This document shows positions 10,309 through 18,353 of a DNA stretch of 64,000 nucleotides, one piece after another. A program made the translations under genes and the position numbers. Within the stretch, counting starts at the first letter, position 1, and each line of letters opens with the position of its first letter. The notes under the pieces were generated by a model. The model made no database searches, had not been told where the DNA came from, and saw only the letters and a list, made by a program, of their open reading frames with translations. Source of the stretch: Vicinamibacterales bacterium (GTDB taxonomy: Bacteria; Acidobacteriota; Vicinamibacteria; Vicinamibacterales; UBA8438); the NCBI GenBank assembly GCA_965197395.1, contig CBDANB010000007.1, forward strand, positions 855,594-919,593, written 5' to 3'.

Positions 10309-10701
10309 TACCGAAAACACGATCGCGGTGTTCTCGATTGATCCGCAAACCGGTGAGCCGACACTAATCCAAACGATCGACACCCACAGCATTGCTGTCA
10401 GGACGATGGCACTGCCCTCTGACGGACGAACGTTGATCGCTGCAAACACGTCACCTGGAAGAATCCGCACCCAAGGTCGTTTGGAAACAATTCCTGCCGC
10501 TCTGACTCTGTACGATATCGAACACGACGGTAGGCTGTCGTTCAAGTCCAAGCTTGATGTCGACACGCGAGGAGAAACGATGTTCTGGTGCGGGGTTGTC
10601 CAGTATTGAGGCGCGAACCGCCAGCCAGGCTGATTCACGTCCACTACGGGACTAGCCAGGACGCCGGATTTAGACACCGTCAACGCAACGAGGACCAAAC
10701 C

Positions 10702-11493
10702 ATGAACCGATCAGCCGCTATCTTATCGATCCTCGCATTCCTGGCGACCCCATGGGCCGCGGGATGCACCGCCGATGGCCAGAGCCAGCCCGACGCCACT
10801 GAGGTCGCCACGTCGACGCAGCAGCGGGCGGGGAGTCCGTTCGCAGCTGCTCCCTTGCTAGGGGAGCTGACAAGCACCGTAGTGTATGGCGAGATCTGGG
10901 AACGGTCGCAACTCTCCAAACGTGACCGCAGCTTGATCACGATCGCGGCTCTTCAGGCGTTGTACCGCGACCAGTTGCGGGGACATCTCAACCGCGGCCT
11001 CGAGAACGGTCTGACCCAAGAAGAGATCCAAGAAGTGATCGTGCACGTGTCGTTCTATACAGGGTGGCCGACGGGGGTCAACGCCTCCAGAATGGCGGGA
11101 GAGGTGTTTCGGGAACGGGGCTTGCCGGCCAGCCCGCCTGCTTCGCCGTGGGTCGAATCCGGCGATTCGCAGGAGTACACGACAGGCGCCTATGCGGCGA
11201 TCCCGAGGCTTGGGGAGTTGAGAAACAGCCTTCTCTACGGTGATATTTGGGAGCGGACGCAACTCTCCAAACGAGACCGGAGCATGGTTACGGTGGCCGC
11301 CTTACAAGCGCTGTACGCGACGAATCAGTTGCGGGGCCATATCAGACGAGCGCTCGATGAGAACGGCGTCACCCCCGAAGAGCTCTCGGAGATCATCTTG
11401 CACCTCACGTTCTATGCCGGCTGGCCCGCCGCGGTCAACGCGGGTGGGTTGGCGGCTGAGGCGTTCGAAGAACGGGGCATCGCGCTCGGCTAG
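10702..11493 (+). CDS. Carboxymuconolactone-decarboxylase family protein, two CMD domains, predicted lipoprotein
   Basis: Duplicated YGEIWERSQLSKRDRSLITIAAL / YGDIWERTQLSKRDRSMVTVAAL and FYxGWP; signal ending AAGC. Confidence 0.8.
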   Translation: MNRSAAILSILAFLATPWAAGCTADGQSQPDATEVATSTQQRAGSPFAAAPLLGELTSTVVYGEIWERSQLSKRDRSLITIAALQALYRDQLRGHLNRGLENGLTQEEIQEVIVHVSFYTGWPTGVNASRMAGEVFRERGLPASPPASPWVESGDSQEYTTGAYAAIPRLGELRNSLLYGDIWERTQLSKRDRSMVTVAALQALYATNQLRGHIRRALDENGVTPEELSEIILHLTFYAGWPAAVNAGGLAAEAFEERGIALG

Positions 11494-11709
11494 GAGCCCT
11501 GGCAATGGGTCATTCCTCGCCCGAGGAGGTCTTGCTCCTCTTACCCGAAGCGAGAAGGCGGGGCGTTGGGAACATTCTCATCACCCACGTGTTGTCGCAG
11601 AACCCGACGCGGGCTCAGGTGCAGCGCATAGCGGATCAAGGCGCGATCATGGAGCTCGTTCATCCTGGGGGGCGCCGCTTCACAATCGAGGATTGTTAGC
11701 TATTTATTT

Positions 11710-12076
11710 GGGTCTATCCGGGTTTCCCAACGCCATTTTGGGGCCTTTCGGGGTTTTTCGTGGGTGATTTGATTGGAAAGGCCCTGTGGGAGCTCGTGGA
11801 AAACGCACAGCGTTTTCCAAGGCACGGTGGGCGCGTTCTGTGCGTCCACGGCGCCGTCAGCTTCCACAGGGCCCGTCCGTGCGCGACAAGATGGCTCCCA
11901 GGGAGGGGGCCCATGCGTGATGTCGAACTGGACCGCTGCGTCCTCGGACTGCAGTCGACCGGCGAACAACTATGTTCGCGTCAACACCGTCGACCTGTAC
12001 ACGCCGAACGCTCGACTTACCCCGGAAAGACTGGGATATCAGGTGCTTACGCTATTTGGGAAACTCGGATATAGCC
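11710..12076. mobile_element. 367-bp non-autonomous element (MITE) inserted in the IS1595 terminal repeat
   Basis: 21-bp TIR GGGTCTATCCGGGTTTCCCAA / TTGGGAAACTCGGATATAGCC (18/21); 8-bp TSD ATTTATTT (11702-09, 12077-84); no credible ORF. Confidence 0.8.
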
Positions 12077-12119
12077 ATTTATTTAACTCAGGTGACCCCA
12101 AGATGTTGTGGTCGCCAGA

Positions 12120-13046
12120 TCACGGCATTCGGGCGTATCTGACCAACGACTCGTAGGGCGCCGGGTCGATGGCGACGGCGTGCTGGACGAGACGATAGAA
12201 CAGCTTGCCGCGGCTGCGGGAGCGGCGCCGGTTGAATCGAAAGGTGAACTCGTCGAGGTAGTACTCCAGATGCTCGTGCGTGACCGCGCCCTGATGGGTC
12301 CCCAGCAGCCACCGCTTGAGGAGAGACACCACCCGATGCACATGGGGCATGAGCTGCGACGGGGACTGGGCGTGGCCCTGGAGCCAGGTCACCTCGTGCC
12401 GGTAGCCATGGCGGTCCAGCGGGTCGTAGCCGGACCAGCCATCCGTGTGCACCAGGCTGCCCGGCGCGATGGCCTCCTGCACGAACGCCGTCAGGCTCGG
12501 CCCGGACGCGTCGACGAGGCGCCGCAACCGAATGCGGCCCAGCCGGCCACGCGCGACTTCGACGGCAACTGCCACCAGCGCTTTGGTTTCGGTCTGCCGG
12601 CCCCGCCGGCCCGGGTGCACGCCGCCGACGTAGGTTTCGTCCACTTCGACCCGACCCGTGAGGCAATCGCGGCCCGGGCGCACCATGGCCCGACGCAGCT
12701 TGTGGAGCCAGGTCCACGCCGTCTTGTAGCTGCGCAGGCCCAACGTCCGCTGCAGCCCCAAGGCACTCACCCCAGTCTTCTGGTTCGTGACCCACCACAT
12801 CGCCCGAAACCACGTGGGCAGCGGGGTCCGCGTGTCCTGGAAGATGGTGCCCGCCGTCACCGAGGTCTGGTGGGCGCACGCTGCGCACTGCCACTAGCGC
12901 CGCCGCACGGGCCACGCCTTCGTCTCGCCACAGCGCGGGCACCGAAATCCCTCTGGCCACCGGAGCTGCTCCAGATACGCGCGACACGCCTCCTCGGTCG
13001 CGAATCGCCGCTCGAACTCGGCGAGATCTCGCGGATAATCCTCCAC
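12120..13046 (-). pseudogene. IS1595 (ISXo2-like) transposase with in-frame TAG at 12894-96
   Basis: MEDYPRDL...RWPEGFRCPRCG...RRR*WQCAACAHQTSVTAGTIF (zinc ribbon), VEVDETYVG, VHTDGW, YLDEFTFRFNRR. Confidence 0.9.
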
Positions 13047-13060
13047 CGGGCCGTACGCTA

Positions 13061-14246
13061 GTGTCCTGTAACAGAAATAAGTAAACGGTTTATGGTGCCT
13101 CGACGTATTCCTCGCAGGAGGTGCACGTGAGAGGTCCTGCCCCGGTGACAGTGACCGTCAGTGACGACGAACGGCAACGGCTCGACTCGTGGGCCCACCG
13201 GTCGCGCAGTGCCCCGCAGGTGGCGCGGCGCGCCCGCATCATTCTGGCGTGTGCCGCCGGCCGCTCGACGACGAGCATCGCCAAACGGTTCCACGTCTCG
13301 CGGACCACGGTGTGCAAGTGGCGCACACGCTTCGTGCGCGATCGCCTGGAGGGACTGATCGACGAACCGCGTCCGGGCACGCCTCGGCGGATTACCGATG
13401 CGCAGGTGGAGCAGGTGGTGATTGCAACCCTGGAAACCACGCCTCGCGGGGCGACGCAGTGGAGCACGCGCGATATGGCGAAGGCGACGGGCCTGAGTCA
13501 CATGACCATCCAGCGCATTTGGCAGGCGTTTGGATTGCAGCCGCATCGCAGCGAGACCTTCAAGCTGTCGCCAGACCCGCAGCTGGTCGAGAAGGTGCGC
13601 GATATCGTCGGGCTGTACGTGAATCCGCCGGACCATGCCCTTGTGCTCTGCGTGGACGAGAAATCGCAGATTCAGGCGTTGGATCGGACGGCCCCCCTGC
13701 TGCCGATGCAACCCGGGCAGGCCGAGCGGCGCACGCATGATTATCGGCGGCACGGAACGACCTCGCTGTTTGCGGCCCTCGACGTCAAGACGGGCGAGGT
13801 GCTCGCCGAAATGCACCAGCGGCATCGCTCGATCGAGTTCCGCAGGTTCCTCGATGCGATCGACGCGCACGTCCCCGCCGACCTGGACGTGCACCTGATC
13901 GTCGACAACTACGGGACGCACAAAACCGCGATCATTCAGCGCTGGTTGGCCAAGCGCCCGCGGGTCCACCTGCACTTCACACCGACCTATGGGTCCTGGA
14001 TGAACCTGGTCGAACGTTGGTTCGCGGCGCTGACGACGAAGCAGCTTCGCCGCGGCGCCCACCGGAGCGTCGCGGCCCTCAAACGCGCGATCCAAGAGTT
14101 CATCGAGGTGACCAATGAGCAACCGACGCCGTTCGTCTGGACCAAGAGTGCCGACGACATCCTCGCGAGCATCGCCCGGTTTGCTCGGCGAACGCTGGCT
14201 GCACACCCAGCATGACAACTGTTCGCGAACCACTGTTACGGGACAC
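13061..14246 (+). mobile_element. IS630-family element, copy 2 (diverged from copy 1)
   Basis: GTGTCCTGTAACAG / CTGTTACGGGACAC ends; TA duplicated at 13059-60 and 14247-48 in CTAG. Confidence 0.92.
13127..14215 (+). CDS. IS630 transposase
   Basis: [30 protein letters not shown]; AGGAGG RBS before GTG13127. Confidence 0.95.
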   Translation: MRGPAPVTVTVSDDERQRLDSWAHRSRSAPQVARRARIILACAAGRSTTSIAKRFHVSRTTVCKWRTRFVRDRLEGLIDEPRPGTPRRITDAQVEQVVIATLETTPRGATQWSTRDMAKATGLSHMTIQRIWQAFGLQPHRSETFKLSPDPQLVEKVRDIVGLYVNPPDHALVLCVDEKSQIQALDRTAPLLPMQPGQAERRTHDYRRHGTTSLFAALDVKTGEVLAEMHQRHRSIEFRRFLDAIDAHVPADLDVHLIVDNYGTHKTAIIQRWLAKRPRVHLHFTPTYGSWMNLVERWFAALTTKQLRRGAHRSVAALKRAIQEFIEVTNEQPTPFVWTKSADDILASIARFARRTLAAHPA

Positions 14247-14573
14247 TAGATGTTGGGGGCGCCTGAGTCAAGTAAATAGCTAACTCGAGGATTACGTGGA
14301 GGTCATCAGGGCCATCGGCGCGCAGCACTTCCTGGTTTCATCAGACCTGGGCCAGTACTTGAACCCGCTGCAAACTGACGGCCTGAAGGCGTTCATCACC
14401 GCGTTGCGCGAGCAAGGAATCAACGAAGGCGACATCGACATGATGGCGCGGCGAAACCCAGCGCACCTTCTCGGGCTCGATCCTTAATGCCTCTCCAGCC
14501 CGGCACCACCCTCGGCCCGTACGAGATCCAAACCCCGCTTGGCGCGGGCGGTATGGACATCTGAGTTGTTCAG

Positions 14574-15824
14574 TCAAGCAAAATCTTTGACGAGCGCGGA
14601 CCCACGTCGGCGTAATGCGTCGAGGTAGATCGCTTCGTCGTACGGCCGACGGTCCTGCCAGCACCGGAAGAGAATCCGCATCCACTTGAAGGCGAGCGAT
14701 CGCAGGGCGGCGTGGTGCGAGTTGCCGCGGCCGCGCTGCTGGTCGTAGTACCGACGGGCCCAGGTCGAGAAGCGAATCGATTGGTCCGCATACTCGTGAA
14801 ACGTCTGCTTGAGGAATTTCGGGCACGCCAGGCGGTGATGCACCCAGCAGCTCTTTCCGCTGCGCTCGGTGACGGGGGCGATGCCGGCGTGGGTCTGCAG
14901 CTCGGTCGCGGCGGCCCAGCGGGTGCGGTCGGTGCCGAAGGCCGCCGTGAGGCGCGGGGCGCAGACCGGCCCGGCGCCGGGGAAACTCGCAAAGAGCGCC
15001 TGGTCCGGGTGCGTGGCGAAGACCGCGGCGATCTGCGTATCGAAGGCGTCAATGGCCTCGAGGAGGGGGCGGAGTTGGGCGGCGTAGCTCTGGACCGCGA
15101 GCGCGAGGGTGTCGACGATCGCCGGGTCGGTGGTCAGTGGCCGGGCGGTGGCGACCTGCTCAAGCCGACGGGCGATCACCGCGGCCTGGCGACAGTTGTG
15201 CTGCTGATAGAACCGGCGCAGGGTGGCGGGGCGCGCCCGTTGGACGGCGGCGAGCGTCGGCCACTTCTGGAGAAAGTCGCAGCCTTGCCGCGAGTCGAGC
15301 GCGCCGACCCAGTCAAGCGCCTGGGGGAAGTACTGCTTGAGCAGGCTGGTAAGCCGGTTGGTCAGGGCGACCCGGTGATTGACGAGCTTCCGGCGGTGTT
15401 CGCAGAGCAGTTGCAACCGGCGGGCCTCCACGGTGTCGGGCATCCACGCGCGGAGCTGGGCGCGATGGGAGCGCAGCAGATCCAACAGGAGCGCGGCGTC
15501 GGTCGGATCGTCTTTGGCCCCGCTGGGGTGGAGGGCCTCCCGGTAGCGCGCTAACGCCTTGGGGTTGATCGGATAGAGGACCACGAACTCATACTGCAGC
15601 AGGGCGTGCACGACCGCGCCCTTGCGTTGTTCGATGGCAATCCCGACCGGGCGGCCCCCGAACCGCCGCCGCAGCTGCGCCACCCAGGCGTGCAGCGTGT
15701 CGGGCCGCTGTTCGAGCTCAATGTGTTCCAGCCGGCCGCCGGCGGCCGGCTGGATCGCGATCGCGTGCCGCTGATCGCCCCAGTCCAATCCGATGTAGGC
15801 CACCACGTCGTCGTCAGTCCGCAT
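14574..15824 (-). CDS. IS110 DEDD recombinase/transposase
   Basis: YIGLDWG (D), IAIE (E), AKDDPTDA (DD), VTERSGKS catalytic-Ser wedge; GGGAGG RBS before ATG15824. Confidence 0.95.
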   Translation of the reverse strand: MRTDDDVVAYIGLDWGDQRHAIAIQPAAGGRLEHIELEQRPDTLHAWVAQLRRRFGGRPVGIAIEQRKGAVVHALLQYEFVVLYPINPKALARYREALHPSGAKDDPTDAALLLDLLRSHRAQLRAWMPDTVEARRLQLLCEHRRKLVNHRVALTNRLTSLLKQYFPQALDWVGALDSRQGCDFLQKWPTLAAVQRARPATLRRFYQQHNCRQAAVIARRLEQVATARPLTTDPAIVDTLALAVQSYAAQLRPLLEAIDAFDTQIAAVFATHPDQALFASFPGAGPVCAPRLTAAFGTDRTRWAAATELQTHAGIAPVTERSGKSCWVHHRLACPKFLKQTFHEYADQSIRFSTWARRYYDQQRGRGNSHHAALRSLAFKWMRILFRCWQDRRPYDEAIYLDALRRRGSALVKDFA

Positions 15825-15859
15825 GCGCCTCCCTTCGGGGAACACGCACGTGGCCTTGG

Positions 15860-16050
15860 TCCTGCGCAAGCCCTATAGTAGAGTCCTGAGTGGTCACACT
15901 CGGACGACATCTGAGTATGCGATGTCGGACCAAAGCGCCGTCTCCGCTCGAACGTCCATGCCAAACCGTTGCTGCGGTGGGCGAGGTTGATTCGTAGCGG
16001 AGGCGGTGCGCGTTTCCTTTCCGTGTTCATCCAGCCCAGTTAACGTACGC
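15860..16050 (-). ncRNA. Predicted IS110 bridge RNA (target-binding loop about 16000-15944, donor-binding loop about 15921-15865); ends approximate
   Basis: Guides TGGGCGAGGT (15978-87) and CCATGCC (15956-62) match the target halves. GACATCTGAGT (15906-16) and CCTATAGTAG (15872-81) match the donor halves. Each pair is separated by an internal hairpin. Confidence 0.8.
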
Positions 16051-16554
16051 GCGCCGCTATGGAACCTGCCGCACCTGTGGAAATCCGCCAAGAGCGCGGA
16101 TTCCCACAAGGTGCTTGGAACGCTTCGCGTCCCACAGGTCCCACAGCGTTCATCATCATCCTCTCTCGTATCCGGTGAGTTCCAGATTCCAAGACAGCGG
16201 CCCTACTATAGGGCGAGGTCTACACGAGAAAGAACTGAGACGAACGGCATGACTGACCCAAAAGTCCTAAGGTTCCTCACACAAATGTGTGCACGATTCA
16301 GCCCCCAGCAGGTCAGCCACGCCGTGGAAAGAGGCTGCGGATGTGTTCGTGCCCGCGAATCAGCGGTGAAGTCGTCTATCGCTCAGTCGACGGCCGCCTG
16401 CGCGGGCCCCGCTTTTGGTGGGGGGCCTGCTCGACGGCAGCCGGTCCCACCTCAAGGTGCTGAGGCGCTGGCATTTACAGGGCGACGAACCATGAACACT
16501 CGTGGAACGCGGCCTGGACTTTCGCCGACGCGCGAACGAGCGGACCCCGGCACC

Positions 16555-17210
16555 AAGAGTAAGTATCCCCCGGCAAAGCCGGGGGCTTTAGTTGTGAGCC
16601 GCTCAAAGCGGCTGACGTGACCGCTGCGCGGTCACTTGAGCCACCTGACGGTGGCGGCTCTAGTCCAACGGCAACTGATCCAGCCGCCGATCCTCTCGCT
16701 CCTGCTGCTGGATATAGTCCCGGATGATCCGTTCATCACGGCCCACCGTCGAGACAAAATACCCGCGCGCCCAGAAGTGCTGCCCCACGAAGTTCCGGGA
16801 CCGCCCCGCAAACTCCCGAGCGATGTGGATCGCGCTCTTCCCCTTGAGATACCCGATCACCTGCGCCACCGAGTACTTCGGGGGGATCGACACCAACATG
16901 TGGACGTGGTCGGGCAGCAGATGCCCCTCCTCCACCTGGCTCTCGCGGTGCCGCGCCAGCTGCCGCAGCACCTCGCCCAGCTGCTGCCGGACGCCTCCAT
17001 ACATCGCTTTCTTCCGGTACTTCGGAATGAACACTACGTGATACTGGCAGTGCCATTTCGTATGATTGAGACTTCGGTACGTCGTCATGAGGACTCCTTC
17101 TCGTGATGCTTGTGCGGCTCACGGGAAGGAGTTTCCTCACGCGACTCCCGGATACGTCAAACGCTGCTGGCCGCCCCGGCAAAGCCGGGGGGTCTCCCAC
17201 GGCAACTAGG
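16555..17210 (-). mobile_element. IS200-type element (tnpA only); boundaries approximate
   Basis: Subterminal hairpins CCCCCGGCAAAGCCGGGGG (16567-85) and CCCCGGCAAAGCCGGGG (17174-90) flank tnpA. Confidence 0.85.
16660..17088 (-). CDS. tnpA: IS200/IS605 Y1 HUH transposase
   Basis: YHVVFIPKYRKK, DHVHML (HUH), FWARGYFVSTVG, IRDYIQQQ. Confidence 0.95.
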   Translation of the reverse strand: MTTYRSLNHTKWHCQYHVVFIPKYRKKAMYGGVRQQLGEVLRQLARHRESQVEEGHLLPDHVHMLVSIPPKYSVAQVIGYLKGKSAIHIAREFAGRSRNFVGQHFWARGYFVSTVGRDERIIRDYIQQQEREDRRLDQLPLD

Positions 17211-17622
17211 GACGCGCGCGGAACCGGGACTCGACGCAACTACTGACGTCGATCAGGTCCCGGGTCTTCTCCAGCAGGACGAGAAAATCCTCATCGGCCT
17301 GGAGCACATCGGTGAAAGCGTCCCGTGTCTCGAGATCGAGGTGCTGTTCCGAAAAGCGGATCTGGTTGACGGGATCCGAGACGTTCTGAAACCCGGTCAT
17401 CCACCGACCGATCGTCACCGACATCTCGGCGGCGGGGTATTTCTTGCTGGCGACGTCGACCATGGCGTTGGCCAGGGCCGCGGCGGCATCGTCCTGGCCC
17501 GGCTCGATATTGCAGACGCGGTAGAAAACGAAGGGGCGTTCGACTTGCACGCTGACTTCCGCAACAGGGATCGATGCCCCGGCGAGGCTGATCCACGCGA
17601 CCACGGCGACGAGGGGCTTCAT
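17206..17622 (-). CDS. Hypothetical secreted protein
   Basis: Hydrophobic N-terminal signal, plausible composition; no family recognised. Confidence 0.55.
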   Translation of the reverse strand: MKPLVAVVAWISLAGASIPVAEVSVQVERPFVFYRVCNIEPGQDDAAAALANAMVDVASKKYPAAEMSVTIGRWMTGFQNVSDPVNQIRFSEQHLDLETRDAFTDVLQADEDFLVLLEKTRDLIDVSSCVESRFRARP

Positions 17623-17675
17623 GAGCGCAAGGATAACCGCACTCCGCGATCAGGGACGATAATGCGTGTCGGCAT

Positions 17676-18201
17676 GACCGACGTCCCGGTTCAGCTTCGC
17701 AGGATACTCAGCCGGCGCGACGTGCTGGCCATCGCGTTCGGCGCGATGGTCGGCTGGGGCTGGGTCGTGCTGGCGGGCGAGATGATCCAGCGAGCCGGCG
17801 CCCTCGGCTCGATCCTGGCGTTCGGCGCCGGCGCCGTCATGGTCTGGCTGGTCGGGCTGACCGACGCCGGCTCCCTGGCGACCGTGGTGGCATATCTGCT
17901 GGTAGCAGTGTCCTTCCTCGTCATCCGTCGCCGGCATCCGGGTCTGCACCGGCCCTATCGAACGCCGGCGCCGACCCTCGTCGGATGGCTGGCCGTGGCG
18001 ACCACTTCGTTCTTCATCCTGCTTTATATGCCGGGCAGTCCGTCGTCGCTGGTCTGGCCCCAAGAGTGGGCGATTGTTCTGCTCTGGGTCGTCGTAGGCG
18101 CGGCGTTCGCGTTCGGCATGCGTCGTCGCGTCGCTGCGCTGGGCCAGGCGCGGCAGGCACGGTTGATTCTGGGTGACTATGTGAAGCCACTGGGCTTGTA
18201 G
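17676..18201 (+). pseudogene. APC amino-acid permease with a large in-frame internal deletion
   Basis: TM1-2 (AFGAMVGWGWVVL...LVGLT) joined directly to the late helices (DAGSL...RRRHPGLHRPYRTP); about 175 aa, far shorter than a 12-TM APC permease. Confidence 0.75.
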
Positions 18202-18260
18202 CAGGATCGACGGCTCGCGGTCCCGGGGGGCACGACGCCGGGCCCCAGGAGACGCCACAC

Positions 18261-18298
18261 AAAAAAAGAAAGCCGACCCCGAGTGGTCGGGGTCGGCT
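18261..18298 (-). terminator. Rho-independent terminator downstream of 18354-19373
   Basis: AGCCGACCCCGA-GTGG-TCGGGGTCGGCT hairpin followed by TTCTTTTTTT on the minus strand. Confidence 0.8.
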
Positions 18299-18353
18299 GT
18301 GACGGCTCGTGCGGTCCCCCGGTGGGGACCGCCATACCCGCTGATCGGTCGCT

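Larger units (their letters stand above)
5031..10609 (+). pseudogene. Tat-exported lactonase (6-phosphogluconolactonase-like beta-propeller) split by IS21 and IS256
   Basis: MLDRRRFNALL...GFYAH | IS21 | GVRVMPTN...HPTGRWVYV...ANGTE | IS256 | NTIAVFSIDPQTGEPTLIQ...MFWCGVVQY*. Removing both IS and one TSD copy each rejoins the frame. Confidence 0.85.
11695..14284 (-). mobile_element. IS1595-family element (host to a MITE and an IS630)
   Basis: 9-bp TSD TCGAGGATT (11686-94, 14285-93). 30-bp TIR matches 26/30 once the nested MITE is removed: GTTAGCTATTTATTTAACTCAGGTGACCCC / GGGGGCGCCTGAGTCAAGTAAATAGCTAAC. Confidence 0.85.
11505..14487 (+). pseudogene. DUF6282/amidohydrolase-like remnant, N-truncated and interrupted by the IS1595 element
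   Basis: GHSSPEE...ILITH...FTIED | IS | YVEVIRAIGAQHFLVSSDLGQ...MMARRNPAHLLGL*. The frame rejoins across the TSD. Confidence 0.65.
14557..16210 (-). mobile_element. IS110-family element, no TIR, 2-bp core GG/CC at 14555-56 and 16211-12
   Basis: Removing the element restores GGTATGGGCGAGGTCTAC (GMGEVY); ends match guides in its own non-coding region. Confidence 0.9.
14487..16225 (+). pseudogene. Ser/Thr kinase N-terminus split by IS110 inside the glycine-rich loop
   Basis: MPLQPGTTLGPYEIQTPLGAGGM(G) | IS110 | GGC GAG GTC TAC (GEVY). The kinase does not continue beyond about 16225. Confidence 0.8.

Noticed and set aside
12894-12896. Amber codon in IS1595 transposase as programmed readthrough or an IS630 excision footprint
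   Set aside because: A single TTG-to-TAG change explains it, and the element is otherwise disabled; no supporting signal.
14556-15916. 11-bp direct repeat GACATCTGAGT as a target-site duplication bounding the IS110
   Set aside because: The kinase frame resumes only at 16213, so the inner copy is better explained as the donor guide.
16226-16555. Possible gene or ncRNA between the kinase remnant and IS200
   Set aside because: No recognisable protein motif or convincing structure by eye; left unassigned.
16600-17210. IS200/IS605 element with TnpB and omega-RNA
   Set aside because: No tnpB ORF lies between the two terminal hairpins.
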